A DNA stretch of 64,000 bases from Candidatus Woesearchaeota archaeon (GTDB taxonomy: Archaea > Nanobdellota > Nanobdellia > Pacearchaeales > GW2011-AR1): contig CAZSPD010000002.1 in assembly GCA_964608765.1 (NCBI GenBank), positions 50,205 through 114,204 on the forward strand, in the 5' to 3' direction. A program made the position numbers and the translations under genes. Under the pieces are notes generated by a model that saw nothing but the letters and a program-made list of their open reading frames with translations, was not told the origin of the DNA and ran no database searches. Positions 1-8,451 of this stretch are shown piece after piece. Numbering within the stretch: position 1 is the first letter of the stretch; each line of letters starts with the position of its first letter.

Positions 1-273
1 AGATGCGATGCAATAGTCACAACAGGTGAAGGGACAGGTATAGAAACACCTATAGGAAAATTAAAACTGTTCAAAAGATATCTCAGAGAATTTCCTTTGA
101 TAGTAGGTGCAGGGCTTAATACTGAAAACGCATATGAACAATTACAAATTGCAGATGGGGCAATAGTTGGAAGCTATTTTAAACCAAACAAAAATACTTT
201 TTTACCTGTTGACAAATATCTTGTAAAAGATTTAATAGATGTTGTAAAAGAAGTAAGAAAAATTAAATCTTAG
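1..273 (+). CDS. C-terminal fragment of a BtpA/SgcQ-family TIM-barrel protein (5' end outside window)
   Basis: Frame 1 is open from the window edge to TAG at 271-273. Translation AIVTTGEGTG...PLIVGAGLNTEN...ADGAIVGSYFK resembles the BtpA family C-terminus. Confidence 0.5.
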   Translation, partial: RCDAIVTTGEGTGIETPIGKLKLFKRYLREFPLIVGAGLNTENAYEQLQIADGAIVGSYFKPNKNTFLPVDKYLVKDLIDVVKEVRKIKS

Positions 274-314
274 AAAATAGTAAGTTTTTTATAATTAGTT
301 TCAATTTTTAGATT

Positions 315-755
315 ATGAATAAAAAGAGGATTGCAGGATTTGCTTTTATATTTGTAGCAACAGGAATAATTTTCTCAAATACTAAATTAACAGGGGCAGC
401 TATAGGTTCACCAATTTCAAACTCTTTTAATTTAGTAGCTGTGGTTTTATTAGTAATTGGATTGATTCTAGCCTCTCAAAAAGATAATCTGAAATATGGA
501 AATTATGCTTATCAAATTTTAGAAAGTAAAAAGTATGTGGACAATGTAAATGAGTTAAAGAAAATTGCTAGAAGGTCTGGATACACTTTAAGAGAAGGAT
601 TTAGAGAGGGGACGAAAGTATATGATGATAATGAACAAATTATAACTGTTATTCCAAATCACAAAAGAATAGGTGGTAAAGGAACTTCAAAAAGTATTTT
701 AGAAGCATTAGCATCAGGAGAATCAAATTATAGAGTTAATCAAAGAAATAGATAA
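315..755 (+). CDS. Two-TM membrane protein with a C-terminal HicA/YcfA-like domain
   Basis: N-terminal hydrophobic hairpin. The C-terminus ELKKIARRSGYTLREG..ITVIPNHKRIGGKGTSKSILEAL aligns by eye with the HicA pattern (G-W/Y...tvP.H..l..GTl.sILkqa). The HicA catalytic His position appears substituted. Confidence 0.4.
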   Translation: MNKKRIAGFAFIFVATGIIFSNTKLTGAAIGSPISNSFNLVAVVLLVIGLILASQKDNLKYGNYAYQILESKKYVDNVNELKKIARRSGYTLREGFREGTKVYDDNEQIITVIPNHKRIGGKGTSKSILEALASGESNYRVNQRNR

Positions 756-1043
756 TTATTTTTTTAATCTTTCTAACATTTTTTGATAAACAACATATCT
801 CCGAGCTTCATCTGGGTTATTTTCAGCTCCTAAAGCTAGAATCTGAGAGACGTCAATATGCCCTTTGCTGTTTTGGGGTAAATAAATGTTTTCAAATATA
901 TCATCATTGATTATAGCTTTTGATTCTAATCCTATTTGAATATTTTTTCCTCTCCTAGCTGCTTCTTCTACTCCTTCTTCTAGTAAAAACTTCCCGTATT
1001 TATCGATTTGGTATTTTAACCAGATTTTTTTGCAGATATCCAT
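756..1043 (-). CDS. Hypothetical protein
   Basis: 95-aa ORF that fills the gap between neighbouring genes. No recognisable motif. Confidence 0.35.
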   Translation of the reverse strand: MDICKKIWLKYQIDKYGKFLLEEGVEEAARRGKNIQIGLESKAIINDDIFENIYLPQNSKGHIDVSQILALGAENNPDEARRYVVYQKMLERLKK

Positions 1044-1128
1044 CTTATTTCTCCTACTCTTATTTTTAATCTAACATATTTAAATCTTTCTTTTGTTACT
1101 ACTTAAAAATAACTTAGAAATATGTTTA

Positions 1129-1440
1129 TTACATAAATTTATTTAATTTCTCAATGAGGTCATCTTCACTCATTGCACCAACAAAATTTGTTAAAACTTC
1201 ACCGTCTTTAAAAAGAATGAAATTAGGAATTGATGAAATGCCAAATTTTTGTGCAATTTCTTGCTCATCTTCTACATTAACTTTTCCTACCTTAAGTTTG
1301 CCTTTGAATTTTTTAGAGACATCGTCTACAATAGGACCCATCATTACACAGGGCATACACCAGTCTGCATAAAAGTCAATTAACACTATTCCTTCTCTTA
1401 TAAATTCATTAAATTTGCTGCTTGTTAGTTCTGTTGTCAT
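1129..1440 (-). CDS. trxA: Thioredoxin
   Basis: 103 aa with active-site DFYADWCMPC (a variant of WCGPC), then the thioredoxin-fold pattern KVNVDE..IAQKFGI.SIP. Confidence 0.9.
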   Translation of the reverse strand: MTTELTSSKFNEFIREGIVLIDFYADWCMPCVMMGPIVDDVSKKFKGKLKVGKVNVEDEQEIAQKFGISSIPNFILFKDGEVLTNFVGAMSEDDLIEKLNKFM

Positions 1441-1482
1441 GTTCCATATAGAAATATTGTATTTTTAAAAGTGTTGGTTTAT

Positions 1483-2598
1483 TTAAACACACATTTTTCT
1501 TCTTATTGCAGGATGAGGTTCATATCCTTCAATAACAAAATCATCTATTGTTAATTCTTCAAAGGGTTTTTTAGCAATTAATAGTTTAGGTAATTCTTTT
1601 GGTTCTCTAGATAGTTGTTCGAGTATTGCTGTAACATGGTCGTATTTTTCCATGTTTCCATCTACTGGAGCACATTTATTAATTGATTCTAAAACTTCTA
1701 GATAACCTGATTTATCTCCTGTTCTTTTTTCTAAATCTTTAACACCTTTTATTTTTTTCTGGACATCTTCAAAATTTTCCTTATACCATTCAGTTCTTTT
1801 CCCAATTGAAGCATAAAAATGACTATCTCCAAATGTATGTACAAATGTTTTTGGTGTCATTCCTGTTTCTTGAGCAATTATTTGCGTGAGTAAAGAATAG
1901 CTTGCTTTATTAAAAGGAACACCTAAAAATTGGTCACAACTTCTTTGATATAGTTGTAATTCTAATTCTCCATTTTCATTTCCAGTAGCTTGATAAAGCA
2001 CATGACAGGGAGGTAGAGACATGTAAGGAACATCTCCTGGTTGCCAAGCACTAACAATATGTTTTTTTCCAGTAGGTTTTTTCTTTAATCCTTCAATCAT
2101 ATTTCTTAATTGGTCTATCTCAATTATTTTATTTTGTTTTTTATCAAAATACTCCCATCTTCTCCATTGTTGCCCATAAATAGGACCTGCACTACCCCAT
2201 TTTTCAGCAAAACCATCTTTATCTTCTCTTATCATTTTACTATACTCTTTCATTGCATCATCCCAATCTGAAGAGTATTTTTTTATTCCGGAAGGAAAGA
2301 TTCCTTCTTTTACCATTTCTGGAAGATTGTGTTGAAATGCGTCAGGCCTCCAAATAGGACTTCTATTATCCTCGAGGTATTTTATGTTTGTGTCTCCTCT
2401 TAAAAACCAAATTGTTTCGTGAATCATTGAGTCTATTGCCATATCCTTTGTTGTTAAAAGAGGCCATCCTTCCCTCAAATCATGAACACTTTGATATCCA
2501 AATAAAGAAACAATTCCTGACTCTTTACTTCCTCCTTTAAAGTTTGAACGAGGAGAAGTTAGAATATCTAATGAATGTTCTAAATACTGTTGCACCAT
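1483..2598 (-). CDS. thyA: Thymidylate synthase ThyA (long form with insertions)
   Basis: Motifs SLPPCHVLYQ, RSCDQFLGVPFNKASY, GDSHFY and QLSREPKELPKL match ThyA signatures. At 371 aa it is longer than typical ThyA. Confidence 0.9.
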   Translation of the reverse strand: MVQQYLEHSLDILTSPRSNFKGGSKESGIVSLFGYQSVHDLREGWPLLTTKDMAIDSMIHETIWFLRGDTNIKYLEDNRSPIWRPDAFQHNLPEMVKEGIFPSGIKKYSSDWDDAMKEYSKMIREDKDGFAEKWGSAGPIYGQQWRRWEYFDKKQNKIIEIDQLRNMIEGLKKKPTGKKHIVSAWQPGDVPYMSLPPCHVLYQATGNENGELELQLYQRSCDQFLGVPFNKASYSLLTQIIAQETGMTPKTFVHTFGDSHFYASIGKRTEWYKENFEDVQKKIKGVKDLEKRTGDKSGYLEVLESINKCAPVDGNMEKYDHVTAILEQLSREPKELPKLLIAKKPFEELTIDDFVIEGYEPHPAIRRKMCV

Positions 2599-2671
2599 TT
2601 TTATTAGAAAATAAAATCAATTTCCTTTTATAAATACAATTAAACTCTAATATATACATAAAAGGGAAAGT

Positions 2672-3109
2672 TTATCCTCTTTTAAGTAATCCAAATCCAC
2701 CGTCTTTTTCACGCATTTCATTCAATAAATCCTGCAAATTTTTTTTAATTATTTTTCCATCCTTTGGGTCTATTATCTCTAAATCAGGATCATTAAAATA
2801 TTTTAAAACATACACGTGCTTGTTTATTCCGACAAACCCTTCATTTTCATTCATTTCTTTAAGTAAACTATCAGGTTCATGAAATGGAGTTTGATTCCAA
2901 AAATAATGAGTGTAACTAAAACCATTTGAGTGTAAAAAATCTTTTATACTTGCATCATTAACTAAATATCCTCCTTGAGTTCCAGGGTATAAATTTTTGG
3001 ATATTTGTTCTTGAGAAAATTCTATATTATAGTTTTTGAGAATAGCTTGTAAAACAGAGCAAACACAAAAATCATATTTTTCTTGAATCTTAATATCAAA
3101 GTTTTTCAT
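2672..3109 (-). CDS. Hypothetical protein, possibly papain-fold (peptidase C39-like)
   Basis: N-terminal DFCVCSVLQAIL, a later NKHVYVLKYF and IIDPKDG give a Cys...His...Asp order like C39-type peptidases. The match is weak. Confidence 0.35.
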   Translation of the reverse strand: MKNFDIKIQEKYDFCVCSVLQAILKNYNIEFSQEQISKNLYPGTQGGYLVNDASIKDFLHSNGFSYTHYFWNQTPFHEPDSLLKEMNENEGFVGINKHVYVLKYFNDPDLEIIDPKDGKIIKKNLQDLLNEMREKDGGFGLLKRG

Positions 3110-3126
3110 TTTAATTAGATAATCAA

Positions 3127-3540
3127 TTATTTTCCTGTGCTCCCAAATCCTCCACTCCCTCTTGATGTGTCAGATAATTCTTCAGATTCTTCAAATTCAA
3201 TTTTTGGATAAGGTAAAATAATTATCTGTCCTATTTTATCCCCTACTTCATACTCTTCATCACCTAATTTATTAAATCTCATAATTAATTCTCCTCTATA
3301 TCCTGAATCTAAGACCCCAACAGAATTTTTTAAAATTAAATCTTTATTTGTTACACTGCTTCTTGGAAAAATAAGCATAACATAACCTTGAGGAACTTCA
3401 AAAGATAATCCTGTTCCATATTCTATGAATTTTCCAGTGTGTTTTTTAGAAACTGCAAAAACATCCATTCCAGCATCACCATCGTGAGCGTATTTAGGAA
3501 GAATTGCATCAGAACTTAGTTTTTTTATTTTTATTTTCAT
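3127..3540 (-). CDS. dut: dUTP diphosphatase (trimeric dUTPase)
   Basis: Motifs GDAGMDV, PRSS, GVLDSGYRGE and the C-terminal RGSGGFGSTG. Confidence 0.9.
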   Translation of the reverse strand: MKIKIKKLSSDAILPKYAHDGDAGMDVFAVSKKHTGKFIEYGTGLSFEVPQGYVMLIFPRSSVTNKDLILKNSVGVLDSGYRGELIMRFNKLGDEEYEVGDKIGQIIILPYPKIEFEESEELSDTSRGSGGFGSTGK

Positions 3541-3551
3541 AATAATTCCCC

Positions 3552-3878
3552 TTATTTGAATAAACTATATAATAGTTTAATTGCATTTTCTTTTTCATGG
3601 GGAAAAGTACACCCGCTACAATCCCAAATTGTTCCATTAGGGGTTTTAATATATTTTCCACTAGGAGAATTTATTTTACATCCTCCTTCTTTTAAACTTC
3701 TATCATATTCAGGACAATAGCAAAAAAAGCAGTTTAAATTTTCAATATCGTGACATTTTTTATTTTCTTGATAACAGATGCATGATTCAGGATAAAGTTC
3801 TTTTCTTGTTTCAAAATCCCAAGCATTAATTGTTTCTTCAAGGTTGTCTTTTATTTTTTTGTCGATTATTTTATTCAT
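3552..3878 (-). CDS. Cysteine-rich small-domain (zf-like) metal-binding protein
   Basis: CH..NLNCFFCYCPEY...GGC...WDCSGCTFPH matches my recollection of the archaeal Cysteine-rich small domain family. I chose the start at the internal Met (MNKIIDKK, 3878) to limit the overlap with the upstream deaminase. The ORF track extends to 3926. Confidence 0.55.
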   Translation of the reverse strand: MNKIIDKKIKDNLEETINAWDFETRKELYPESCICYQENKKCHDIENLNCFFCYCPEYDRSLKEGGCKINSPSGKYIKTPNGTIWDCSGCTFPHEKENAIKLLYSLFK

Positions 3879-4377
3879 CTGAAAACTTACCTCTCCTAAA
3901 TTTTTTAACATCAGATAGGATGCCATTCCAGTATTTAACTTTAACTCCTACTTCTTGAAACATTTGTAATGATTTTTTTGAATTTTCTGAATCTTCTGGA
4001 GAATTCATTTTATCCCACTCTTTATCAACAATAACCTCTAATATTCCTGATTGAATTATTCCTCTTGCACAATCAGTGCATGGAACACCATTAGTGTACA
4101 TTTTACATCCTTTTAATGAAACTCCAATTAAAGTAGCATTGTAGATGGAATTTCTTTCAGCATGCTCAAACCAATTATATTTTTCTGGTTTTTCTTGTCT
4201 TTCTGGAACATTGTCATTTAAACCTCTCACAAAACTATTATATCCTGTTGTTTTAATCTCATTATCTGGCCCTACAACAACTGCACCAATATGGGTTCTA
4301 TTATCTTTACTTTTAGCTGCAACAAGATAAACCATAGACATAAAATAATCATCCCAAGTTAATTTTTTATTTTCCAT
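3871..4377 (-). CDS. dCMP deaminase (CMP/dCMP deaminase zinc-binding family)
   Basis: HAERNSI and PCTDCARGI zinc-ligand motifs; 168 aa. Confidence 0.85.
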   Translation of the reverse strand: MENKKLTWDDYFMSMVYLVAAKSKDNRTHIGAVVVGPDNEIKTTGYNSFVRGLNDNVPERQEKPEKYNWFEHAERNSIYNATLIGVSLKGCKMYTNGVPCTDCARGIIQSGILEVIVDKEWDKMNSPEDSENSKKSLQMFQEVGVKVKYWNGILSDVKKFRRGKFSDE

Positions 4378-4459
4378 TTTTAGATTTTTACCTGTTTAAT
4401 TAGGTTGTCAATTTCATTATATAAGTATAATTATATCCTAAAATATATTCTAAATAATT

Positions 4460-7186
4460 TTATCCGCATCCTGCTCCATTATCATGCTCACAATTCTTAC
4501 ACTTAGGGGAGTGACATCCTGCTTCAAAATGATATTCAGTTGAACCGCATCTCTCACACACAAATTTTGAATCTAGTTTACCATTAGTCCCAGATATTTC
4601 TATTTCTTCATTATTTTCACATAAGCTTGCCTGAGAAATTATTTCTTTGTATTCAAGAGTACCTCTTTCAATTTTTCTTAAATCTTTTTTTCTAACAGCT
4701 TGAACTAGTTCTCCTGTAGGTTCATCTCTTTTAATAACTCCATTTCTTAAAAGATAGTCTTCAAATATTAAACCAGCAGCATGTTCAATTGATTTTATTC
4801 TTCTGGGTCCTATTCCTTCATCTTCATTTGAAAAAGGAGATTGTAATCTTTTAACAAATTCAGCATAGTCTGGATCAGGTCCTCTTAATATTTCTGTTCT
4901 ATCCATTCCTGATTGAGCAAATGAAACACTTGTAGCTGAGCCTCCTGGAGCTCTAACTTGGAAATCCTCATCAGGTATAAAGTATGCTTTTTTATTTTCG
5001 TCATCAACATACAAGTCACTTGTTAAGATTACATGTAAACTATCACCTGCTCCTGCTCTCTTAATTCTATATTTTTTTGCTTGAGGTTTTATGTCTAGGA
5101 GTACATGGGGTTTAACATTATTTTGCACAAGTTTAATTTTTTCTGAAGATCCTTTTTTTAGTACCCCTTCTCTAGAACCGTCTCTATATATTGTAACTCC
5201 TTTGCATCCTTCTTTCCAAGCAGTTCTATACAATTCATTTACTAAACTTTCGTCAGTATCTTCTGGAAGGTTTATTGTGGCACTAATAGAATGGTCTACC
5301 CATTTTTGAATTGCCCCTTGCATTCTTACTTTTTCAACCCAGTCAATATCATTTGCAGTTGCGTTATAGTAAGGAGATTTTTCTAAAATTCCTTCTAATT
5401 CTCTTTCTTTTTGAGGGTTAGTTATGCTTTCATTAGCAATTTTCTTAACATCATCTACAGAATATCCATTTACTGAAAGCCAATCTTCAAATTTATGATG
5501 GAATACTTTATATTTTTGCCACTTATCTCCTTGTTCATCGGTTTCATCAACACGTGAGTCAAGATCATTTTGATTTATTTTCTTTTTTCTTTCATAGACA
5601 GGAGAAAATGTAGGTTCAATTCCTGAACTAGTTTGAGTCATTAAACTAGTTGTTCCTGTAGGGGCAATTGTAAGAAGAGAAATATTTCTTCTTCCGTGTT
5701 TAACCATCTCAGCATATAATTCAGGATCCTCTCCTTTTAATCTCTGTATAAATGGATTATCTTTTTCTCTATCTGAATTGTAAATTTCGAATTTTCCTCT
5801 TTCTTTTGCCATTTCAACTGAACTTCTATAAGCTTCAATTGCAAGTACTTTATGCACTTGAGTTGCAAATTCTGTAGCCTCTCCTGTACCATATCTTAAT
5901 CCTAAAGCAGCAAGCATATCTCCTTCTCCAGTTATTCCTGTTCCTGTTCTTCTTCCTCTAATAGATTTGTCTTTTATTTTTTCCCACAATTTTTTTTCAA
6001 TGTACTTTGTTTCACCATCTTCAGGATCACTTTCAATTTTCTTTAATATTCCATCAATTTTTTCAAGTTCCATATCAATTATATCATCATTCATCCTTTG
6101 CGCATACCCTATGTGTTTCTTAAACAAGTCAAAATCAAATTCTGCTTCTTTTGTAAATGGATTTTTAACATATCCAAATAAATTAACAGCCAATAATCTA
6201 CACGAGTCATAAGGGCATAATGGAATTTCTCCACATGGGTTTGTTGAAACAGTGTTAAAACCCAAATCTGCATAGCAATCAGGAATAGACTCCCTTGTTA
6301 TTGTGTCCCAGAATAAAACACCTGGTTCAGCAGATTTCCAAGCATTATGGATAATTTTATCCCATAACTTACCTGCATCTATTTCTTTAGAGTATTTAGG
6401 TTTATCTGAAGCTATAGGAAATTTTTGCTGAAACTTTTCTCCTGATTCAACAGCTTTCATGAATTCGTCAGTGACTTTAACAGAAATGTTTGCACCTGTA
6501 ATTTTCCCTGTTTCTAATTTAGCATCAATAAATCTTTCTGCATCTGGATGCTTTACTGATAAACTTAACATCAATGCTCCTCTTCTCCCATCTTGAGCAA
6601 CTTCTCTTGTTGAATTAGAATATCTTTCCATAAACGGAACAACCCCTGTAGAGGTTAGTGCACTATTAAGAACAGACATACCTTTAGGTCTAATGTATGA
6701 TAAGTCATGCCCAACACCCCCTCTTCTTTTCATTAATTGAACTTGTTCTTGGTCAATTTTCATTATTGCTCCATAAGAGTCTGAAGATTTTTCATCATTC
6801 CCTATAACAAAACAATTAGATAATGAAACTATCTGATTAGTGTTACCTATTCCTGACATAGGGCTTCCTTGAGGAATAATGTAATTGAAGCGGTCCATTA
6901 GTGAGAAAAGCTCTTGGTAGCTTAAAGGATTTGGATATTTATTTTCAATTCTTGCAAATTCACTTGCTAATCTTTTATGCATGTCTTCAGGGTTTTTCTC
7001 ATATAAAATTATATTAGCTAAATCTTTTCCATCAGTGTCTTTCAAAGCATATTTACTCAAAAATGCTCCAGCTGCAAGTTCATCTCCTAAAAAGTATTCT
7101 TTAGAACTTTCAAAAGATTCTTTGTAAGTGTACCCTTTTTTTTCAAGTGGATTGTAATTTGCTTTTTTTTCTAAATTTTCACCCAT
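4460..7186 (-). CDS. nrdJ: Adenosylcobalamin-dependent (class II) ribonucleotide reductase
   Basis: 908 aa with the STNPCGEIPL active-site loop, LLTIAPTGTTS, and a Cys-rich C-terminal tail CERCGS...CHSPKCKNC typical of monomeric class II RNRs. Confidence 0.9.
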   Translation of the reverse strand: MGENLEKKANYNPLEKKGYTYKESFESSKEYFLGDELAAGAFLSKYALKDTDGKDLANIILYEKNPEDMHKRLASEFARIENKYPNPLSYQELFSLMDRFNYIIPQGSPMSGIGNTNQIVSLSNCFVIGNDEKSSDSYGAIMKIDQEQVQLMKRRGGVGHDLSYIRPKGMSVLNSALTSTGVVPFMERYSNSTREVAQDGRRGALMLSLSVKHPDAERFIDAKLETGKITGANISVKVTDEFMKAVESGEKFQQKFPIASDKPKYSKEIDAGKLWDKIIHNAWKSAEPGVLFWDTITRESIPDCYADLGFNTVSTNPCGEIPLCPYDSCRLLAVNLFGYVKNPFTKEAEFDFDLFKKHIGYAQRMNDDIIDMELEKIDGILKKIESDPEDGETKYIEKKLWEKIKDKSIRGRRTGTGITGEGDMLAALGLRYGTGEATEFATQVHKVLAIEAYRSSVEMAKERGKFEIYNSDREKDNPFIQRLKGEDPELYAEMVKHGRRNISLLTIAPTGTTSLMTQTSSGIEPTFSPVYERKKKINQNDLDSRVDETDEQGDKWQKYKVFHHKFEDWLSVNGYSVDDVKKIANESITNPQKERELEGILEKSPYYNATANDIDWVEKVRMQGAIQKWVDHSISATINLPEDTDESLVNELYRTAWKEGCKGVTIYRDGSREGVLKKGSSEKIKLVQNNVKPHVLLDIKPQAKKYRIKRAGAGDSLHVILTSDLYVDDENKKAYFIPDEDFQVRAPGGSATSVSFAQSGMDRTEILRGPDPDYAEFVKRLQSPFSNEDEGIGPRRIKSIEHAAGLIFEDYLLRNGVIKRDEPTGELVQAVRKKDLRKIERGTLEYKEIISQASLCENNEEIEISGTNGKLDSKFVCERCGSTEYHFEAGCHSPKCKNCEHDNGAGCG

Positions 7187-7207
7187 TTTTCTTTTTAAGT
7201 TTCCTCT

Positions 7208-7645
7208 TTATAACTCCTTCATTTCTTGTTTAAAATCATTTATATCCTGAAATTGTCTATATACAGATGCAAATCTCACATAAGCTATTTCATCTATTTT
7301 TCTTAGTTTCTTCATAACAAGTTCTCCAATAACAGAACTTTTTACTTCTTTTTTACCTGATTTTCTTATTTGTTCATCTATTTTACTTATCATTTTATTG
7401 ACTATTTCTTGAGAGATTGGGCGTTTTTCAAGAGCCTTTTCAATTCCTGCTTCAAGTTTTTTAATATCAAATTTTTCTCTTCTTCCATCTTTTTTAATTA
7501 CATACAAATCAGTTCTTTCAACCCTTTCGTATGTTGTAAACCTTTTTTTGCATTTTAAGCATTCTCTCCTTCTCCTTATTCCGTCAGGAGAACTTCTTTT
7601 ATCTGTAACTTTTGAATTTTTATGACCGCAATAAGGACAATCCAT
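7208..7645 (-). CDS. nrdR: Transcriptional repressor NrdR (zinc ribbon + ATP-cone)
   Basis: MDCPYCGH...RRRRECLKCKKRFTTYE zinc ribbon followed by an ATP-cone (VIKKDGRREKFDIKKL). It ends 21 nt upstream of nrdJ on the same strand. Confidence 0.9.
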   Translation of the reverse strand: MDCPYCGHKNSKVTDKRSSPDGIRRRRECLKCKKRFTTYERVERTDLYVIKKDGRREKFDIKKLEAGIEKALEKRPISQEIVNKMISKIDEQIRKSGKKEVKSSVIGELVMKKLRKIDEIAYVRFASVYRQFQDINDFKQEMKEL

Positions 7646-7676
7646 TTTTACCTCTTATATTCTATTTATAAGTTAT

Positions 7677-7723
7677 ATACAATATGTTGTATATTTAACC
7701 TATTTAATTACTATAGGTTGTAT
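7677..7723. promoter_or_regulatory. Two NrdR-box-like 16-mers spaced 31 bp apart, upstream of nrdR-nrdJ
   Basis: ATACAATATGTTGTAT (7677-7692) has 6-bp palindromic arms. TTACTATAGGTTGTAT (7708-7723) matches it at 13 of 16 positions. Both resemble the bacterial NrdR-box consensus acaCwAtATaTwGtgt, and tandem boxes at about 31-32 bp are the known arrangement. Confidence 0.5.
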
Positions 7724-7920
7724 TTATTGAAATATTCAGAAAATACCCATATTTAAACTTTAGTAATCACTAGTGTATTCAACACACCCATACAACTTTT
7801 TAGAGTGAAAATAAAATTTTCAATAGACACCCCTCTTAATCCTTTTGTTAATACACTCGATAATTGTACACTTACTAACATTTTTAAAGTTTATAATCAT
7901 AAATATTTTAGGAGGTGGCG

Positions 7921-8184
7921 ATGGACTATTTAAATGAACTTACAGCTCAATTGGGGATTTCTCTCTGGTTAATCATTATTATGATTATCTGGTCAAGTGT
8001 TTGGAAATTTTTAGCACTTTGGAAATCAGCAAGAAAGGGGCATGTTGCATGGTTTGTTGTATTTGCTTTAGTTAATACAATTGGAATTTTAGAGATATTG
8101 TATATTTACATTTTCTCTGACAAAACATGTTGTAAAGCAAATGTTAAGAAAAAACCTGTTAAACAGATAAAAAAGAAAAAATAA
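7921..8184 (+). CDS. Small two-TM membrane protein
   Basis: AGGAGG lies 5 nt upstream of the ATG at 7921 (the ORF track starts at GTG 7915). Hydrophobic WSSVWKFLALWKSARKGHVAWFVVFALVNTIGILEILYI. Confidence 0.5.
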   Translation: MDYLNELTAQLGISLWLIIIMIIWSSVWKFLALWKSARKGHVAWFVVFALVNTIGILEILYIYIFSDKTCCKANVKKKPVKQIKKKK

Positions 8185-8200
8185 ATTATTTTATTTTTAT

Positions 8201-8443
8201 TTAATTTCCTTTTGATTTTATTGCAGTTGTAGAACCAAGAAGAAATCCTACAACTAGTGAAGCAATTATTACATTAGAAAGCTTTGAAAAAAATGTTTTT
8301 AGCTTAGTCACATCTAAGTTTCCTAACATTAATTTTACTTCTTCTGTGCTACCAGTCAATTTAACATAAACTAAAAAGTACATAGATAAAAATAGAATAA
8401 GTGAAAAAATAAATCCCCAGATTAACCAATTGAATTTTCCCAT
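8201..8443 (-). CDS. Small membrane protein (tandem paralog of 8452-8679)
   Basis: 80 aa with two hydrophobic segments. The N-terminus WLIWGFIFSLILFLSMYFLVY resembles its neighbour. Confidence 0.4.
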   Translation of the reverse strand: MGKFNWLIWGFIFSLILFLSMYFLVYVKLTGSTEEVKLMLGNLDVTKLKTFFSKLSNVIIASLVVGFLLGSTTAIKSKGN

Positions 8444-8451
8444 TTTGTTTT

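Noticed and set aside
1154-1372. Antisense or overlapping ORFs in the six-frame track that lie inside confidently called genes. They include 1154-1372, 4145-4330, 5091-5309, 5967-6212, 7370-7558, 8999-9286, 10336-10548, 10584-10784, 11047-11244, 11313-11534, 11655-11858, 12548-12974, 16314-16499, 18754-18945, 21736-21945, 22729-23173, 23392-23775, 24662-25090, 25671-25969, 28051-28251, 30395-30661, 36311-36523, 36838-37071, 37478-37816, 38180-38368, 39626-39832, 41716-41931, 43108-43302, 43680-43880, 47886-48083, 48203-48496, 49845-50072, 50475-50768, 52314-52496, 53374-53568, 54731-54937, 57553-57873, 58414-58695, 60155-60585, 62425-62706 and 63231-63533.
   Set aside because: Each overlaps a gene with clear family motifs on the other strand or in another frame. 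Their translations are low-complexity (S/F/L/I-rich), as expected from reading AT-rich coding DNA out of frame, and none shows a motif.
4460-7186. Possible intein or split in the 908-aa class II RNR
   Set aside because: I saw no intein splicing blocks (Cys/Ser-start with HN-C/S/T junction, or a LAGLIDADG/HNH module). The extra length is explained by the usual C-terminal domain and zinc-ribbon tail.
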